Assembly: GCA_010093815.1 (NCBI GenBank)
Contig: ML996567.1
From: Pseudovirgaria hyperparasitica
Lineage: Eukaryota
Length of the DNA stretch: 64,000 nt
Direction: 5' to 3' (one strand)
The position numbers and the translations under genes were made by a program. Below are positions 48,528 through 61,200 of the stretch, one piece after another (position 1 is the first letter of the stretch; every line of letters begins with the position of its first letter). Below the pieces are notes generated by a model. The model was given only the letters and a program-made list of their open reading frames with translations. It searched no databases and had not been told where the DNA came from.

Positions 48528-51500
48528 ATGGCTCCGAAATTCAAGGAGGGCGATGTAATCGCATCTGTACGTCTGGCGTAGCGATACGCTTTCGAATGTT
48601 GCGGCATATAGCTGACAATGTGGCAGTTCTCAGGAAAATGGATTGGATGGGCGCACACAATAATGGCATATAGTATGCTGCAGCCCACGATCGTATAGTA
48701 TGCGCAGCGCTAATATCAGATAGCGGCATTCTTTGGAGCCCTCATTGTCGGAATGTGAGGAGAACATTCTTCTCAAATAAGCCTGCCTGACAACCTCCAG
48801 CAAACTTCACTACCACAAGATTGTGCAAAATGAGCACTACGTATGCGCTGCCGATACTCCTTTAATCAATGTCTCTAATGATATGTCTTAGGGATATCCC
48901 CAAGAATGGTTCCCTTCCGTCTCCGCGACAATCGGCGACCGATACCCCGAACGCTCTGTTTTCCAGCTCTTCATCGCCTTGACATCCGGTACGATGATAT
49001 GATAGAAAGGGAGGGCTGTGCTGATAGAGGTAATAGGTCCAAGATTCGCTCTTTGCGCCATGTGGTACTTCATGACACAAAAGCCTGGCTCGAGCCTGCC
49101 CAGATTCGTCTTCTGGACTGGCATCTTTAGAACTATGACTTGTGGTGGATGGACCTACGTGACCTCTACAGATGATCATGATTGGCATGACATATTCATG
49201 ATCTCGTATCTAGTTGCGACCCTTCCATGGACCATTGGGTGCATCTTGCTCAGTCCGCAAAATCCGACCACCATTAAATATCGCAAGATTTTTGGGTACT
49301 CATTTTTTGGTACACTCGTTCCACTAATCTACTTTTTCATCCAGCACAAGGTGCACAAAGTTGCTGGAGGTACGTCTGAAACCAGTCTTTGTCAATATCT
49401 TTGCTCACAGCGATCCAGCGTACACGATCTATGCCTTTTTCGAATGGGCGTTGGTCCTTCTTGATGTAGCTTTCGATGCGGTGACAATCATTGATTTCGA
49501 TGGTCTTGAGATTGTGGTGAAGGATATTAAAGGACTTGGCCGAGGGTATGTGTCATGGCTTCCGAAGTGATACTTGGGATCCTAAATGTATGTGCCAATG
49601 AATCAATCTAATATTCATGCTCCCGAGTAGGAAAGGTAAATATGTTGCCGATGCTGTGCTTGAGAAAGAGTATGTCAGCCTCTAAAAGACCTGCTATGTC
49701 CACTAATCTCGTTTCAGGAAGAACAAGGATGTAGGTGTCGTCTTTGGTCAGGCCTTCTCGTGGCCCGCTGCCATTGATGCTGCTGCCGATGTCTACAATG
49801 GCGTAAGAAATGCCACCACATCTATATAGACGAAGCTCACACTTGCAGTATGTCTATTGGACCACTTTGACCTCGCTTGGTGTTTGTGTTTGGTGTGAGT
49901 GCGCCACAGTCTTGCGAGTGCCCATCTCTGACAATAGCCAGACTTCCCCCTATGGTACATGGGAATCTCCGGCTATGAGGTTTTGGTCATGACCACGATC
50001 TCACCGTTTCTTCTTTCAGTCCCACCACTTCGTAGGCTCATCGTCAAGAACCTTCGTGTCACTCATCTTCTCGGTCTCGCCGGACTAGTTGCGTTTCTTA
50101 CTCCCAAACCGACCCATCGTCTGTTCACGGTTGGCTTCGGCGTCTGGATGTCCACTCTGGCATGGGCTGCAACATTCTATGGTGAGCGCTCTCAACCACA
50201 TCGCCTAGAGGCTCGTGTGAGCGCATTCAGCCTCGGTCTCCTAGCTTCTAGTGTTGCCAAGTTCGCATTCTACACGAACAATCCCCTATGGCCCATCATG
50301 CATGCTGAAAATGGAGGATGGAACAAGTTTGGCCTCTTTGTTGCCGTGCTCGCAGTTCTTAGGTCGACAGGTCGACCAGCAGGGTCTGATGTCAGCGCTC
50401 CAGGGCCAAAAAGTGGCTCATCAGTACTATCTGCATTTGGCCTGGCTGGGCTCTTCTTCGCCATGCACTCTCTCCTGTCTGATTCTAGCACAATGATTCT
50501 CTGGGTTTGGGAGGGTTTCCCTGTTCAAGGACCCATCGCCGTTCCGCATGGAAGCTATACCCTCTTCGCCATGGGTGTAGGCATCGTCGTAGGCCTTTTC
50601 TATCCAGATCTGAGCCGCAGCTGGACGTTCTACGGCATCGGCTCTGTTGGTGCCGCTGTTCTCACCACATACAGCAACTGGCTGGGTTTCTATGGTGCCC
50701 TTGTTCTCGCTGCCTACACGATGGCCCTGGCACCTGCACTCATCTCGTCCGCTGTCAAGCACTCCCCAGCTACGACGTTCGGTCTAGGTTTCCTCGTTTA
50801 TAATTTCATGGTTCTGTTTCATGTCTGGGTTGTGGCATATGCCTTCGTCCCTGGTGGACCGCTTGTTCGCGAGCGTACTGACTGGGTCATGACGACCATG
50901 ATGCTGTTGATCGGTTGCGGTGTGTTCAGCGCGAACGCGTCCGGAAACTCAGTCTCTCTCAAATCCCGCAGCAAGGCGCCCAATCCTGCAACACGCAAGC
51001 AACGCAGCTACTACCTGTACGTCCTTCTCGCCCTCGAGCTTCTTTCTGTCTCCATTGCATACCTGCGTTTCCCAACATACGACTACACACCGTATCATAA
51101 AGACGAAAAGCTCGTTACTGCGGGCATCTGGACCATTCATTTCTCTCTGGACAATGACATGTGGAGCTCCGAGTACCGTATGCGCGACGTTATCAAGGAG
51201 CTTGAATTGGACGTCGTTGGTCTGCTCGAGTCTGATCTCCAGCGCATCATCATGGGCAACCGAGACACCACCCAGTTCCTTGCCGAAGATCTTGGCATGT
51301 ACGTCGACTTTGGTCCCGGTCCCAACAAGCACACATGGGGCTCCGCGCTGCTATCAAAATTCCCCATCGTCAACTCCACCCACCATCTCCTTCCGTCGCC
51401 AGTCGGCGAACTCGCGCCCGCGATCCACGCCACTCTCGACATGTATGGCGAGATGATCGACGTCTTCGTGTTCCACAGCGGCCAGGAAGAAGACCCGGAG

Positions 51501-51980
51501 GATAGACGGCTACAGTCCGAATACCTGGCGAAGCTCATGCGTGAGACGCCTCGCCCAGCAATCCTGCTCTCATACCTTGTCACAAAGCCGCATGAAGGCA
51601 ACTACAACACGTATGTCGGCGAGAAGAGTAGCATGCGCGATATCGACCCCAGCGATGTCGGCGACCGATGGTGCGAGTATATCTTGTACAAGGGCTTCAA
51701 GCGTACTGGCTATGCTCGCGTGAGCCGTGATACCATCACAGATACAGAGATTCAGGTAAGTTACCGCTTCCGCTTCCAAACTTGGAGGAGTGCGTGTATA
51801 TAGCTTTGTACTGATGATCATCAGGTTGGCAAGTTCCAGGTCGGTCAGCCCGAAGGTTCGGACACGATCATCCCCGAAGAGCAAGTCCCATATGGCATGC
51901 GCTTCCCGACGATGTTCAGAGGTGCCGGTGTCAGAGGACACAGATACCACGTTTTCGATGAGCCACGCTACTTCGCGTAG
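48528..51980 (+). CDS. CWH43: Cwh43 GPI-anchor lipid remodelling protein (PGAP2-like N-terminus, C-terminal EEP-like domain), about 11 exons
   Basis: [91 protein letters not shown]. Confidence 0.95.
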
Positions 51981-52402
51981 GTGGTTGATCTTCACTCTTA
52001 ATTATACCATCAGTCTCGAGTCAGTGCCCGGTCGAGGCAAGTGACTGAAAAAGTTTTAAGTGTATAAACAATTATATATAAATGTACTGATAGTAGGGAA
52101 GAAATAACTCATGCTCCACGAAGCAGGTAGCTTCTCAAACTTAATAAAGCTTGCAGGAAATCTTATTAACCACAATGAACCCAAAGGACTCTCCTCGCTA
52201 TACCTTTGCCACGATGTAGCTCTCAAATGCTTCTCGCAGAAGAATTCGCTTCGCCATCACCGCTGCATGCAACTTGGTAAGTACCTTAGACCCGCAGGCT
52301 TAACTGAAAGAAAAGTGAAAAATAGCGTCTCGCCAATATGGAATCCAAATTGAGGAAAGACCACCACCCACCGTCTCCTACCGGTCCATCACAATTTTTC
52401 TT

Positions 52403-55400
52403 TCACAATTCATTCCCAAATGCTCCTGGGACAGCAATCTCCTCCTCTTCTCCATCGACAGACAGTTGCGCATCAGCACTGGTCCCATTCACGACCTTCA
52501 ACTCACGCGTCCGACCCCAGCCATGACGACGCCTATAGCACCTGCCCTTCCCTTTGTCTTCTCTCACCATCTCCGCACTGCCAACCTGCTCATCCGACGA
52601 TGACGACAAGGACGACTCACCCTCATTGTCTCCAGCTTCTTCCTCCACGTCCTCATCCGCCGAATAGTAGTACTCTGGACCATTACCAGCAGCACCAGCA
52701 CCAGCAGCAACAGGAGCAGGAGCAGGAGCAGGAATAGGGACAGTAGGCTCCCCTCCCGCCGTCGCTGCTGCCTGTAAATTCGATGCCCGAGCCTTACGCG
52801 GATCGTCATCACTTAGAAATGCGCGAATCCACTGCCCGCTATCGCTCTTATTCCTCCGCGCGTCGGCCGCCTGAGGCTCTGTTGGCGGAGCAGCAGCACG
52901 ACACGCGTTATTCGTGCTCAATGCCACACCAATCTCTGCAACTGGGACCGTGGGCCAGGACGTGCGGATGTGGATGGGTGTACGTTCTGGACCAGACTTT
53001 TTGTTGTTATTGGCGACGTGTGGCTTTGAGGACTGTTCTTGCACGGCAGCCGTATCACCGTCGCCGGCGTCTAGCAGGGCGTCGCTGTCGTTGAGGTCCA
53101 GCGCTGACATATCGTCGGAGCTCAGACGACGTCTGGCCATGCGGCCGCTGGCGCCCATGTTGGTGGTCGTGGTAGTAGCAGCACTCGACGGGATCGTCGA
53201 GAGCTGGGGCCGGAACGAGTGAGCAGAGGCGAAACGCGTGCAGAATTGCATCTGAGCACCCTCGGTATACATCTGGTCCTCGACTAGACTGTCGTCAAGC
53301 AGTGGCAGCTCAGGAGAAGCAGGCCACGCAGTGACTGGCTGTACACCAACAGCCGGACGGCGACTCTCCTCAGCCTCCCCACTCTGTACCCGCGAACGCG
53401 CAAGCGGCACCCAATCCTCCGGAATCCAGCTTATGTGCCGAATCCGAGGCCCTCTCATCTCGCGCTCCACGGGCCCAATAACACATCCATCATCTCCAGT
53501 GCGACGAACAAGCCTCAACGAGCTGGTAGAATCGTGTTTCGCCATCCTGTCTACCGACATAGCGGACTCCTTACCCTTGGGCTGGCGCGCGCCTTTTGCG
53601 CGGCCTAGACCGAATCCACGGACAAGACCAAGGCCAAACAGTCCGAGTTTCTTGGACGGAGTCGGCTTGGATTGCCTCCTGGTACTGGCATCCCGTGCGG
53701 ATGCCGTTGTCGAGCATGCCGACGAGCTAATCTCCTGGACGGTGATGTTGAAACGCTCGTTTTGCTCGTGCGCGATGCATATGGGCAGGACGCGAGGAAC
53801 AGGGGCTGTCTGCGCCGGGAACATCGACAGCGTTAGGCCGGTAGAACCACTCTCGTCGAGGCGCAGACGGGATGTCGAGGGACTCGCTGAGCTTGAGTCT
53901 TGCATCTCTGGGAGAGCGCCCAGGGGCTGAGAGACGGCGTCCTCCTGCGGTTTCTGCGCCGATGCTTCGTGGCATCCGTCGCGCGCGGGTTCAGGCTTCG
54001 CTGGTCCGAAACCAAACGCCTGTCTCATGGTTGAGAAGGAGCCGTCTCTATGCTTCTTCTTTGGCGAAGGGCTCGCTGGCTCTCCGCTCTCATCATCACC
54101 ATTATCATCTCCATGCCCATCATCCCTGCGCAATGCAAAGCTCGGGCGGTCTTCCCAGTCCTCATAGTCCAGGAAAGGGTTTACGTCGGTCCAATTGATT
54201 GCCAGATCCTCGAAATCCGGCACTGAGTGGGAAACCGAGGGTTTCTTCAGCTTCGACTTTGACTTCAGCGTGCGTTGCAAGGGAGAGGGGGTGTGTTTGC
54301 GTGTCTCTGGCGTGAAGCCGGGAAACATACTCGCCATTCGACGTCTGCTCCGACCGCGGCCCGATGGTGTGACGTCCAGTTCAAGGAGAGAATCACTATC
54401 GCTGCCAGTCTGGGACACTGGAGTCTCGTTGCCCTCATTGGGGCTGTCTGTGAATGCGCGGCCAATGTTATCCAGTGGGCCAAAATCTACGCCGAGGCTG
54501 GAATGCGTTCGATCTGCATCTCCTTCGTTACTTGCGGTGCCATCATCGATCTGGTATGTGCCGTCCGTAAAGTTGAATTGGGCCAGTGGGTCAGACGCCG
54601 CTGTGGACACCATTGACAGGTCGCCCAGTGAGCGCATTGCCAGCTCAGCAACCCAGTGGCCAGAAAACTGATTATCGGAAGATGGTGGAGATGGCGACGA
54701 GACGGCAGCACAAGAACCTTCAACCGCTTCGGACGAGACTTTTTGTGTCGCTGTTGTTGTTGCTTGCAGCTGGTTCAGCTCCGGGAAGCGCCGCGCCATG
54801 TCGCCCATCAGGTCCACCTCAGTGAGATCACTCAAATCCATATCGACACAGTCCTCATCATCGTCTCGATCGAGGAAACTACGGCTTTGGGCGTCGTAAC
54901 GATCAGAAGAAAGCCCAAGATCCGCGGTGGGAAGATGGCCGATTGCGCGTTCAAGCCCCTGAAACCGAGTCGCTGCTTCGCCCAGGTCGGGCTTGTAGCC
55001 AGGTGCAAGGCAGAAGCCAAAGTAATCCCACGGATTGCTCCTCATATCGGGTAGGGTGAGCTGCGGCATCAAAGCCGCCTCATCCTCGTCCTCATCCTTG
55101 TGCTGCACGACGACTTTCTCTTTCCCCTTACCAGACACTCGTGCCGGCGCCGTCATGGTCCGCATAATACCACTCATAAGCGACGCACTACCGTCATCAT
55201 TTGCAGACTTTGCACGACTACTCTTACGTGCAACAGACTCGAGTTTCTTCTGCAACAGCACCGCATCTTCGCCCTCGTTACGCATACACCGCGCCTCACC
55301 AAGCAGGATCTTCTCCCCCATTCTAGCAGCCTTGTGGTCCTTTGTCTTGCGTTTCGCCGCATTCTTCTTCGCCAACACGGTGTCGAGTTCGTCTATATCC

Positions 55401-56476
55401 GGGAAGATATCCGGATTGGGCGGCGGGGGTGCGTTCGGGTACGGCTCTTCGCGGTCGTCACTGTCCCCGACGACGTCGACGCTGCTCCGTTTCGCCGTCT
55501 TGGAACTGCTCTTGCGGCGCGCCCAGTTCAGAAGTGTTGTGATGGCATTGCTATTGCTGTTGCCGCTGTCCTTGCGGCTCGCGCTCGCGCTCGCGGCATC
55601 GGATTTTTTCTTCTCCCGAGCGTCCTTTGTCTTCGTCTTCGTCAGCTCTCTTGTTAACGGCGAAGGCGTCTGTGTCGAGACCGGCGTCGTCGCTCTCTCT
55701 GGCTCCTTCGGCACTTCCGGCACCGTAACAGAACTGAGACTACTACTCTCTCCCAACGGCACAGCAACAGAACACACACTCCTCTCCGGCACAGGCTTAC
55801 GCACAATCCTCGACACAGGTACCCTCGCATGCCCACCAGCATCACGCACCACCCCACTCTCCACCACACTCTGTCCACGCAAATCCCCCTGCCCGCCAAT
55901 CTTCCTCAACTTGGACCCGTGGATCTTCTCGTACGACTGCATCGTCGCCAGCAGCAGCGACGGCGGCCCATCGTCCTCTCCCTCTTCGTATGCCATGTCC
56001 TTAGTAGAGCCCATACTAAGCCGCTTGAATATATTCGCCTCTTGTCTGCGCTCGCGCATGCTTACGTCGTGGTTTGAGATTCGCTTTAGCCTCGTCATTG
56101 TGGCGGCGGTGGAGGGCGTTGGGGAGGTGGTGGTGCTTGTCTCAGACCAGGGGTTTTCGGATAGGGACTGCGGGATCTGCTGGTGTGGCGAGGGGTTGGG
56201 GGTTATGCTGATGTCGCTGATGTCAATTGTATTGCTGCCGCCGTCCATGGCGGCGGTGCTGATGTTTTCGTCGTCGTCGGCGTCGTCGTTCTCGTTGTTA
56301 TCGTTGCTTTCGTCGTTTTCGTTGCTATCCACGTCTTCAGCTGGCTTGGCAGGGAACGTGAAATCGAAGCGTAGACTGGGGGATCGAGAGCGTGCGTTGG
56401 TGATGGTGGCGTCGATGCTGGGCATCATGTATAGTTCCTCCATGGCTCTGTGGGGAAAGAGTGGTGCTTGATACAT
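52403..56476 (-). CDS. Large low-complexity, probably disordered hypothetical protein, 1357 aa
   Basis: 4-kb stop-free ORF rich in S/D/P/A/R; no recognisable domain. Confidence 0.8.
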   Translation of the reverse strand: MYQAPLFPHRAMEELYMMPSIDATITNARSRSPSLRFDFTFPAKPAEDVDSNENDESNDNNENDDADDDENISTAAMDGGSNTIDISDISITPNPSPHQQIPQSLSENPWSETSTTTSPTPSTAATMTRLKRISNHDVSMRERRQEANIFKRLSMGSTKDMAYEEGEDDGPPSLLLATMQSYEKIHGSKLRKIGGQGDLRGQSVVESGVVRDAGGHARVPVSRIVRKPVPERSVCSVAVPLGESSSLSSVTVPEVPKEPERATTPVSTQTPSPLTRELTKTKTKDAREKKKSDAASASASRKDSGNSNSNAITTLLNWARRKSSSKTAKRSSVDVVGDSDDREEPYPNAPPPPNPDIFPDIDELDTVLAKKNAAKRKTKDHKAARMGEKILLGEARCMRNEGEDAVLLQKKLESVARKSSRAKSANDDGSASLMSGIMRTMTAPARVSGKGKEKVVVQHKDEDEDEAALMPQLTLPDMRSNPWDYFGFCLAPGYKPDLGEAATRFQGLERAIGHLPTADLGLSSDRYDAQSRSFLDRDDDEDCVDMDLSDLTEVDLMGDMARRFPELNQLQATTTATQKVSSEAVEGSCAAVSSPSPPSSDNQFSGHWVAELAMRSLGDLSMVSTAASDPLAQFNFTDGTYQIDDGTASNEGDADRTHSSLGVDFGPLDNIGRAFTDSPNEGNETPVSQTGSDSDSLLELDVTPSGRGRSRRRMASMFPGFTPETRKHTPSPLQRTLKSKSKLKKPSVSHSVPDFEDLAINWTDVNPFLDYEDWEDRPSFALRRDDGHGDDNGDDESGEPASPSPKKKHRDGSFSTMRQAFGFGPAKPEPARDGCHEASAQKPQEDAVSQPLGALPEMQDSSSASPSTSRLRLDESGSTGLTLSMFPAQTAPVPRVLPICIAHEQNERFNITVQEISSSACSTTASARDASTRRQSKPTPSKKLGLFGLGLVRGFGLGRAKGARQPKGKESAMSVDRMAKHDSTSSLRLVRRTGDDGCVIGPVEREMRGPRIRHISWIPEDWVPLARSRVQSGEAEESRRPAVGVQPVTAWPASPELPLLDDSLVEDQMYTEGAQMQFCTRFASAHSFRPQLSTIPSSAATTTTTNMGASGRMARRRLSSDDMSALDLNDSDALLDAGDGDTAAVQEQSSKPHVANNNKKSGPERTPIHIRTSWPTVPVAEIGVALSTNNACRAAAPPTEPQAADARRNKSDSGQWIRAFLSDDDPRKARASNLQAAATAGGEPTVPIPAPAPAPVAAGAGAAGNGPEYYYSADEDVEEEAGDNEGESSLSSSSDEQVGSAEMVREDKGKGRCYRRRHGWGRTRELKVVNGTSADAQLSVDGEEEEIAVPGAFGNEL

Positions 56477-56573
56477 GAGGTGGTACTAGTTTAGAATCAG
56501 TGTTTGTGCTGTGATGTGTTTGTTCATTGTAATTTTTCTTGTCGAACGCTTATAAATGTAGATATGAGACGTC

Positions 56574-56676
<103 letters not shown>

Positions 56677-58274
56677 GGACAAGACAAGATGTAAATACGA
56701 TGTGGTCGACATACCACGGAATAACACATCCAAGAGGCAGAGAAACCAAGGCGAAAATTAATAACAACGAATCTCGGCAAAGTCAACAGAATATTCCCAA
56801 ATCAGAACAATACAGACACAACTATGACAACAAGAATGACCAACTACCGTTTAAGCAATCAAGCAGCAAGAGAAAACCGAACCGAACTAAATTGAAACCG
56901 AAACCAAAACCAAAACCAAAACAGAAAACAGAAACAGAAAACCAAAAAGACAAACCCAAAAGAAGACAGAAAAAAAACCACAAAGTCGCAAAAGATAGCG
57001 ATAACTCTTACCTCTCTCTCTCTCTCTCTCGCTCTCTTCTTCTTCAAATCACAATCCACTCCCAAGGCCAAAGACTCAAAAGCGCTTTCCTTCGTATAGT
57101 CTCCCCGAAAAATCCCACCCAGATATCTTATCTTAATTTTATTTCTCAAATCGAAATACTCATGAAAATTCTAACACAATCAGTATTCTCAAATCCGCGA
57201 TTCAACTTCAGTCAATCGGACTCAGTCAAACAGGTAAAGCTTACTCACACAAAATCACACGGTATACCCACTCTCTCAGTCAATCAATCAATCAATCAGC
57301 CAGCTAATCAGCCAGTCAATCAACCAACCAATCAATCCCTTCTCTCTTCGCGATAAAAAGAAAAATAAAAGAGTGAGCAATCGGTATATATGTCGTGTAT
57401 ATATTCGTCAGAACACCTATCTCAAGTCGTCCGTCCGTCCGTCCGTCGATCCGTCAATCTTGAAAGCGAAGAAGACGAAGAAAAAACGTGTTTGTTGTTT
57501 TGGTAGAAAGAAAAAGAAGAAGAAAAAGAAGAAGAAAAGACCATGTTTTGGGGGGGGGAATTGGGAGGGAGCCCAAGCAACGGTTTCCAAAAACAAGCGG
57601 GATATGAGTGATTTTATTCCTTTGTATTGTATGTGGTGATTTTAATTAGTCTGGGACCTAGACTGGATAGCAGTGTTATCAAAGGACATGCGCGGAAGTC
57701 CTTACTCTCCCAAAACCAATAATGCCTTGTATAGCTAGTCTACCACAGCTATTGCACGAGAGAAAGATTCACGGCTATTTCAAAGACCACACATTCGAGC
57801 GATTCATCGTTTGAGAGTCAACACATCAATGTATGACATCACAGAATCGATTCAGGTTTGATACCCCAGGAAATGCAAGTAAATATAAACTGTCTAATTG
57901 GTAGGTCTATGATACATGGAGCTGAGTGTTACAGACACTAGGATGCTAGTCTAAGAAGTGGTGATGTACGATGGGGCTCGACATTTATAGTGGCTTTCTT
58001 ATCTCAATGGAGCGGCCCGCCGCGGTATGGTAGTATCAACGGCGAAGCCTCTGCCGGGTGTAGAGCATTTGCTTCCGACAAGGAGCCGTTGTGAGAAAGA
58101 GAAACGGGTACAAAAGAAAGATGAGGGTGATAGTGGCGGTATAGCATGTGAAAGTACGAGTATGTTGTGTATCTCCAGAGCAGGATAAGGTAGACGCAGC
58201 GAGGCAAATACTCTGACATAAGGCGGGAGGGTATACAATTATAAGTTGAGGAGTAGTGACTGTTTCCGAACAAA

Positions 58275-61200
58275 TCACGTACCCATGTAGACATCACCGT
58301 CGCCAACAGTTGTGTCGCGGTGATCGTGGCTCGCTCGCTGGATTGAAATTGCTCGGCCATGTCGTGGCTTCTGCCGTCCCTGTCCACGTTTTGTGTTGAG
58401 TGATCGCACCCACTGGCGACCTTTGAAAAGTATAAACTTCAAACGCTGAACCATCTTGCGCGCCCGAAACTCAATCCTACCCATACCACTTGTTCCACTG
58501 AAGGGCTGTCCGAGAGCTAAAGCGTCATTTTCTTCGAGGTCTGGTGCTGTATTCACGACTGACGGTGTCTCACTACAATTTCTGCCAGCATCAACACGAC
58601 GGTCTTTAGTAGAGACCAACCGCGATACAGGAGCGATTCGTGTTCGGGAGCGGAAGCTTGTGAAGTGTCTTCGAATGCCTCTCTTCCGTGATTGAGAACT
58701 GTCATCGGAAAAGAAGCTGCGCACTTCGTCCAAGATGAATGTAGATGGAGGCGTCAATCCCGTCGTAGGATAACGATCTCCAGGATCAACTGCGAAATCT
58801 TCGCGACCCATAATGCCAGGAGACGCGGAATAAGCCGGCATTGGAGTTGGAGTATCACAGCTTGGCTTAGACCGTGCCATTTTGTCCTTGATGCATCCGA
58901 ATACGCTTCGTTTCACTGGTTCATGCAAGCCTGAATCGTCTTGGTTAGTGCTGCCGCCAACTCCCGAGATGTTGTGGAGATCCAATGCTTCGTTCGACCC
59001 CGTATCTTGATGATCAAGCATGGAGAGGCTCGTCTTCACGACGGGTTGCGGGCTATTCTGACGTGAGTGCACGGGCTCAGGAAGACTGATCTCGATCTGT
59101 CCCTCGATACCAGCCCAGGGATAGTTGTTGTCATTGTTCCAAGGTCGATTGTCTCGTGGAGATCGTGTCTTGAGCTTCGCCAATGCCATAGATCTCCTTA
59201 TGGAGTCGTCGAGAGTGGTGTCTCCTTCAAAGATTGGCGGTGGTGTATGCACACGCAGATATGCAGGCAGAGGCGCTTCCAATTCCCATATTGGCGTCGA
59301 CTTTCCATCTCCTGCTGTGCCCAAGTCGATCTCTCCATTCTCCTCAGGAAGACTTGTTAATGCTCTCTCGTTGGGCTTTCGGGTCATCCTCTCAAAGACA
59401 TCGTCATCCAAGACGACAAGCTCTGACAGACCAGGAAGGGCTCTCAGTCTGCGTGAAGACCGTTGCTCGTGAACAACCTTGCCATTACCGGCTGAAAGTT
59501 CTGCTTCGGTAGGAGAGCAGCCAGACTTTACCGGCGTGCTCGGGGCACAGTACCTTTTGAAAGATGGCAGGAGCTCTGACAAGCGATATGCAAGACCACC
59601 AACTGATGGAATCGAAAGTCTCTTTACTTCGTCCATGGCGTCACTGGATGAGCGAGATCGCGCGCACAAGTCAGCCGCCCTAGACCTCTTAGTAGGAGAA
59701 TCTTCCACTCCGTGGCCCATCTCATCGAGACTTGCGAAGAAGCTCTTATATCTTTCACGAATTGTTTTGGACGACTTGGGTCGACAGGGCATTGGCATGA
59801 GAAAGTCTCGGTAACTGAGCATTCCAGACATACCATCAGCCGAGCGTAGTGAACGCACTTCGAGCTCTTCGTTCATCTTAGATATCAAATCCACCTGACT
59901 AAAGTTCAAGAGCGGGATCATACCAGTTTCCTGCACCTGGATGCTTGATCCTCGTACTGGTTCAGACAGTGCCGATGTACGTCCAGAGCGACGAAGATCT
60001 TCTACCGAGTACCGTGTATGGAGTTTTTGAGTTCTCGGAAACTTGAAGCTTGTTCGCTGGGATTCGGTCAAACTCGATCCTTCTTGTGACTCTTCCTTGA
60101 CATCCGACAAGCAAGTCCCTGGGTAGCGAAAAGCGCTCAGCTTCATGTCTGTTGAAGCTCCATCAAGGTAGCCAGGTATATGTAAGGTGGACTGAACATT
60201 GTAACTAGAGGATGCATAAGGCTTACGATAGCTCCATGTGTGATGCGAGACTTTATTGCTGTCCGGATAGCAAATTGTGGGAGTCGCTGCTCGTGTGTGC
60301 ACTGCGGGTGGAGACGATATCGGTCGATCCAAGGTCTGCATGTTCGACGCGAATGTAGGTGGCCAATCAGTTTCGCAGTGTTCAGACTGTTCAACCCGCT
60401 CGTCTTCGTTACATGTCGGGCTAGGCTCGCTGAAGATGTCGTCACCCGTGATGATAGCTTGCATGCGATGCACAAATGGCGTGGTTAGTGTGTCCACATC
60501 CCAAGTAGTTGTAGATGCACACGGCGGCGCTGAGAAGCGGCCTTCTACGTGAACGACTTGAGGTGAACACTGCGGAGCTTCCGATGCAGGTCTCATAGCA
60601 CTCAATGGCTGCGTCTGACCTCGAGGCGACACCTCTGGGCTTGATGGTTCAGATATGTGCTCCAAAGTACCATGTGTAGCATCTATAATGGTCTCTGTAT
60701 CAGTCAAGCACGTCTTCGTTGCAGCTCGTGGACCAGAGCGCATGAGTGGCACTGATGGACTAGCGCGCGACATCTCATTCTTTCGATGCTGTTCGAACAG
60801 AAATTCAGGTGCCGTGGAAGCCGACTGTGTAGATGGAGTCTCGGATAAGGCACTGTTTCTCTTTTCACTGCTGGTGTAGACAGATGATGCAATTGCGGCT
60901 ACATCTGAGTTTGATCCAGATGCAACGGACTCATTCTGAGCAATGTAATTCTGGATCGCCGTGCTGATTGAGGTGCCTGTGTCATCGCCTGAGTCAGAGG
61001 ATCGCAAAGCATTCACAATTAACTCTCTAGTAATTCTCTTGATTTTCTGATCGGCCGGTAGTTCGACTGGACGAACTACGTCTTCCGCGGGAAGCTCTGC
61101 AATAGGTACAGGACCAGAGGGTTCAATGATCATGGGAAGATTCTCACCATCGACAAGTGGAAGACTAGATGTGCCTCTTTCTTCGAGGATGGTCTTGATC

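Noticed and set aside
55035..56471. 478-aa antisense ORF
   Set aside because: Codon-aligned mirror of the low-complexity 1357-aa ORF, with a non-ATG start and no motifs.
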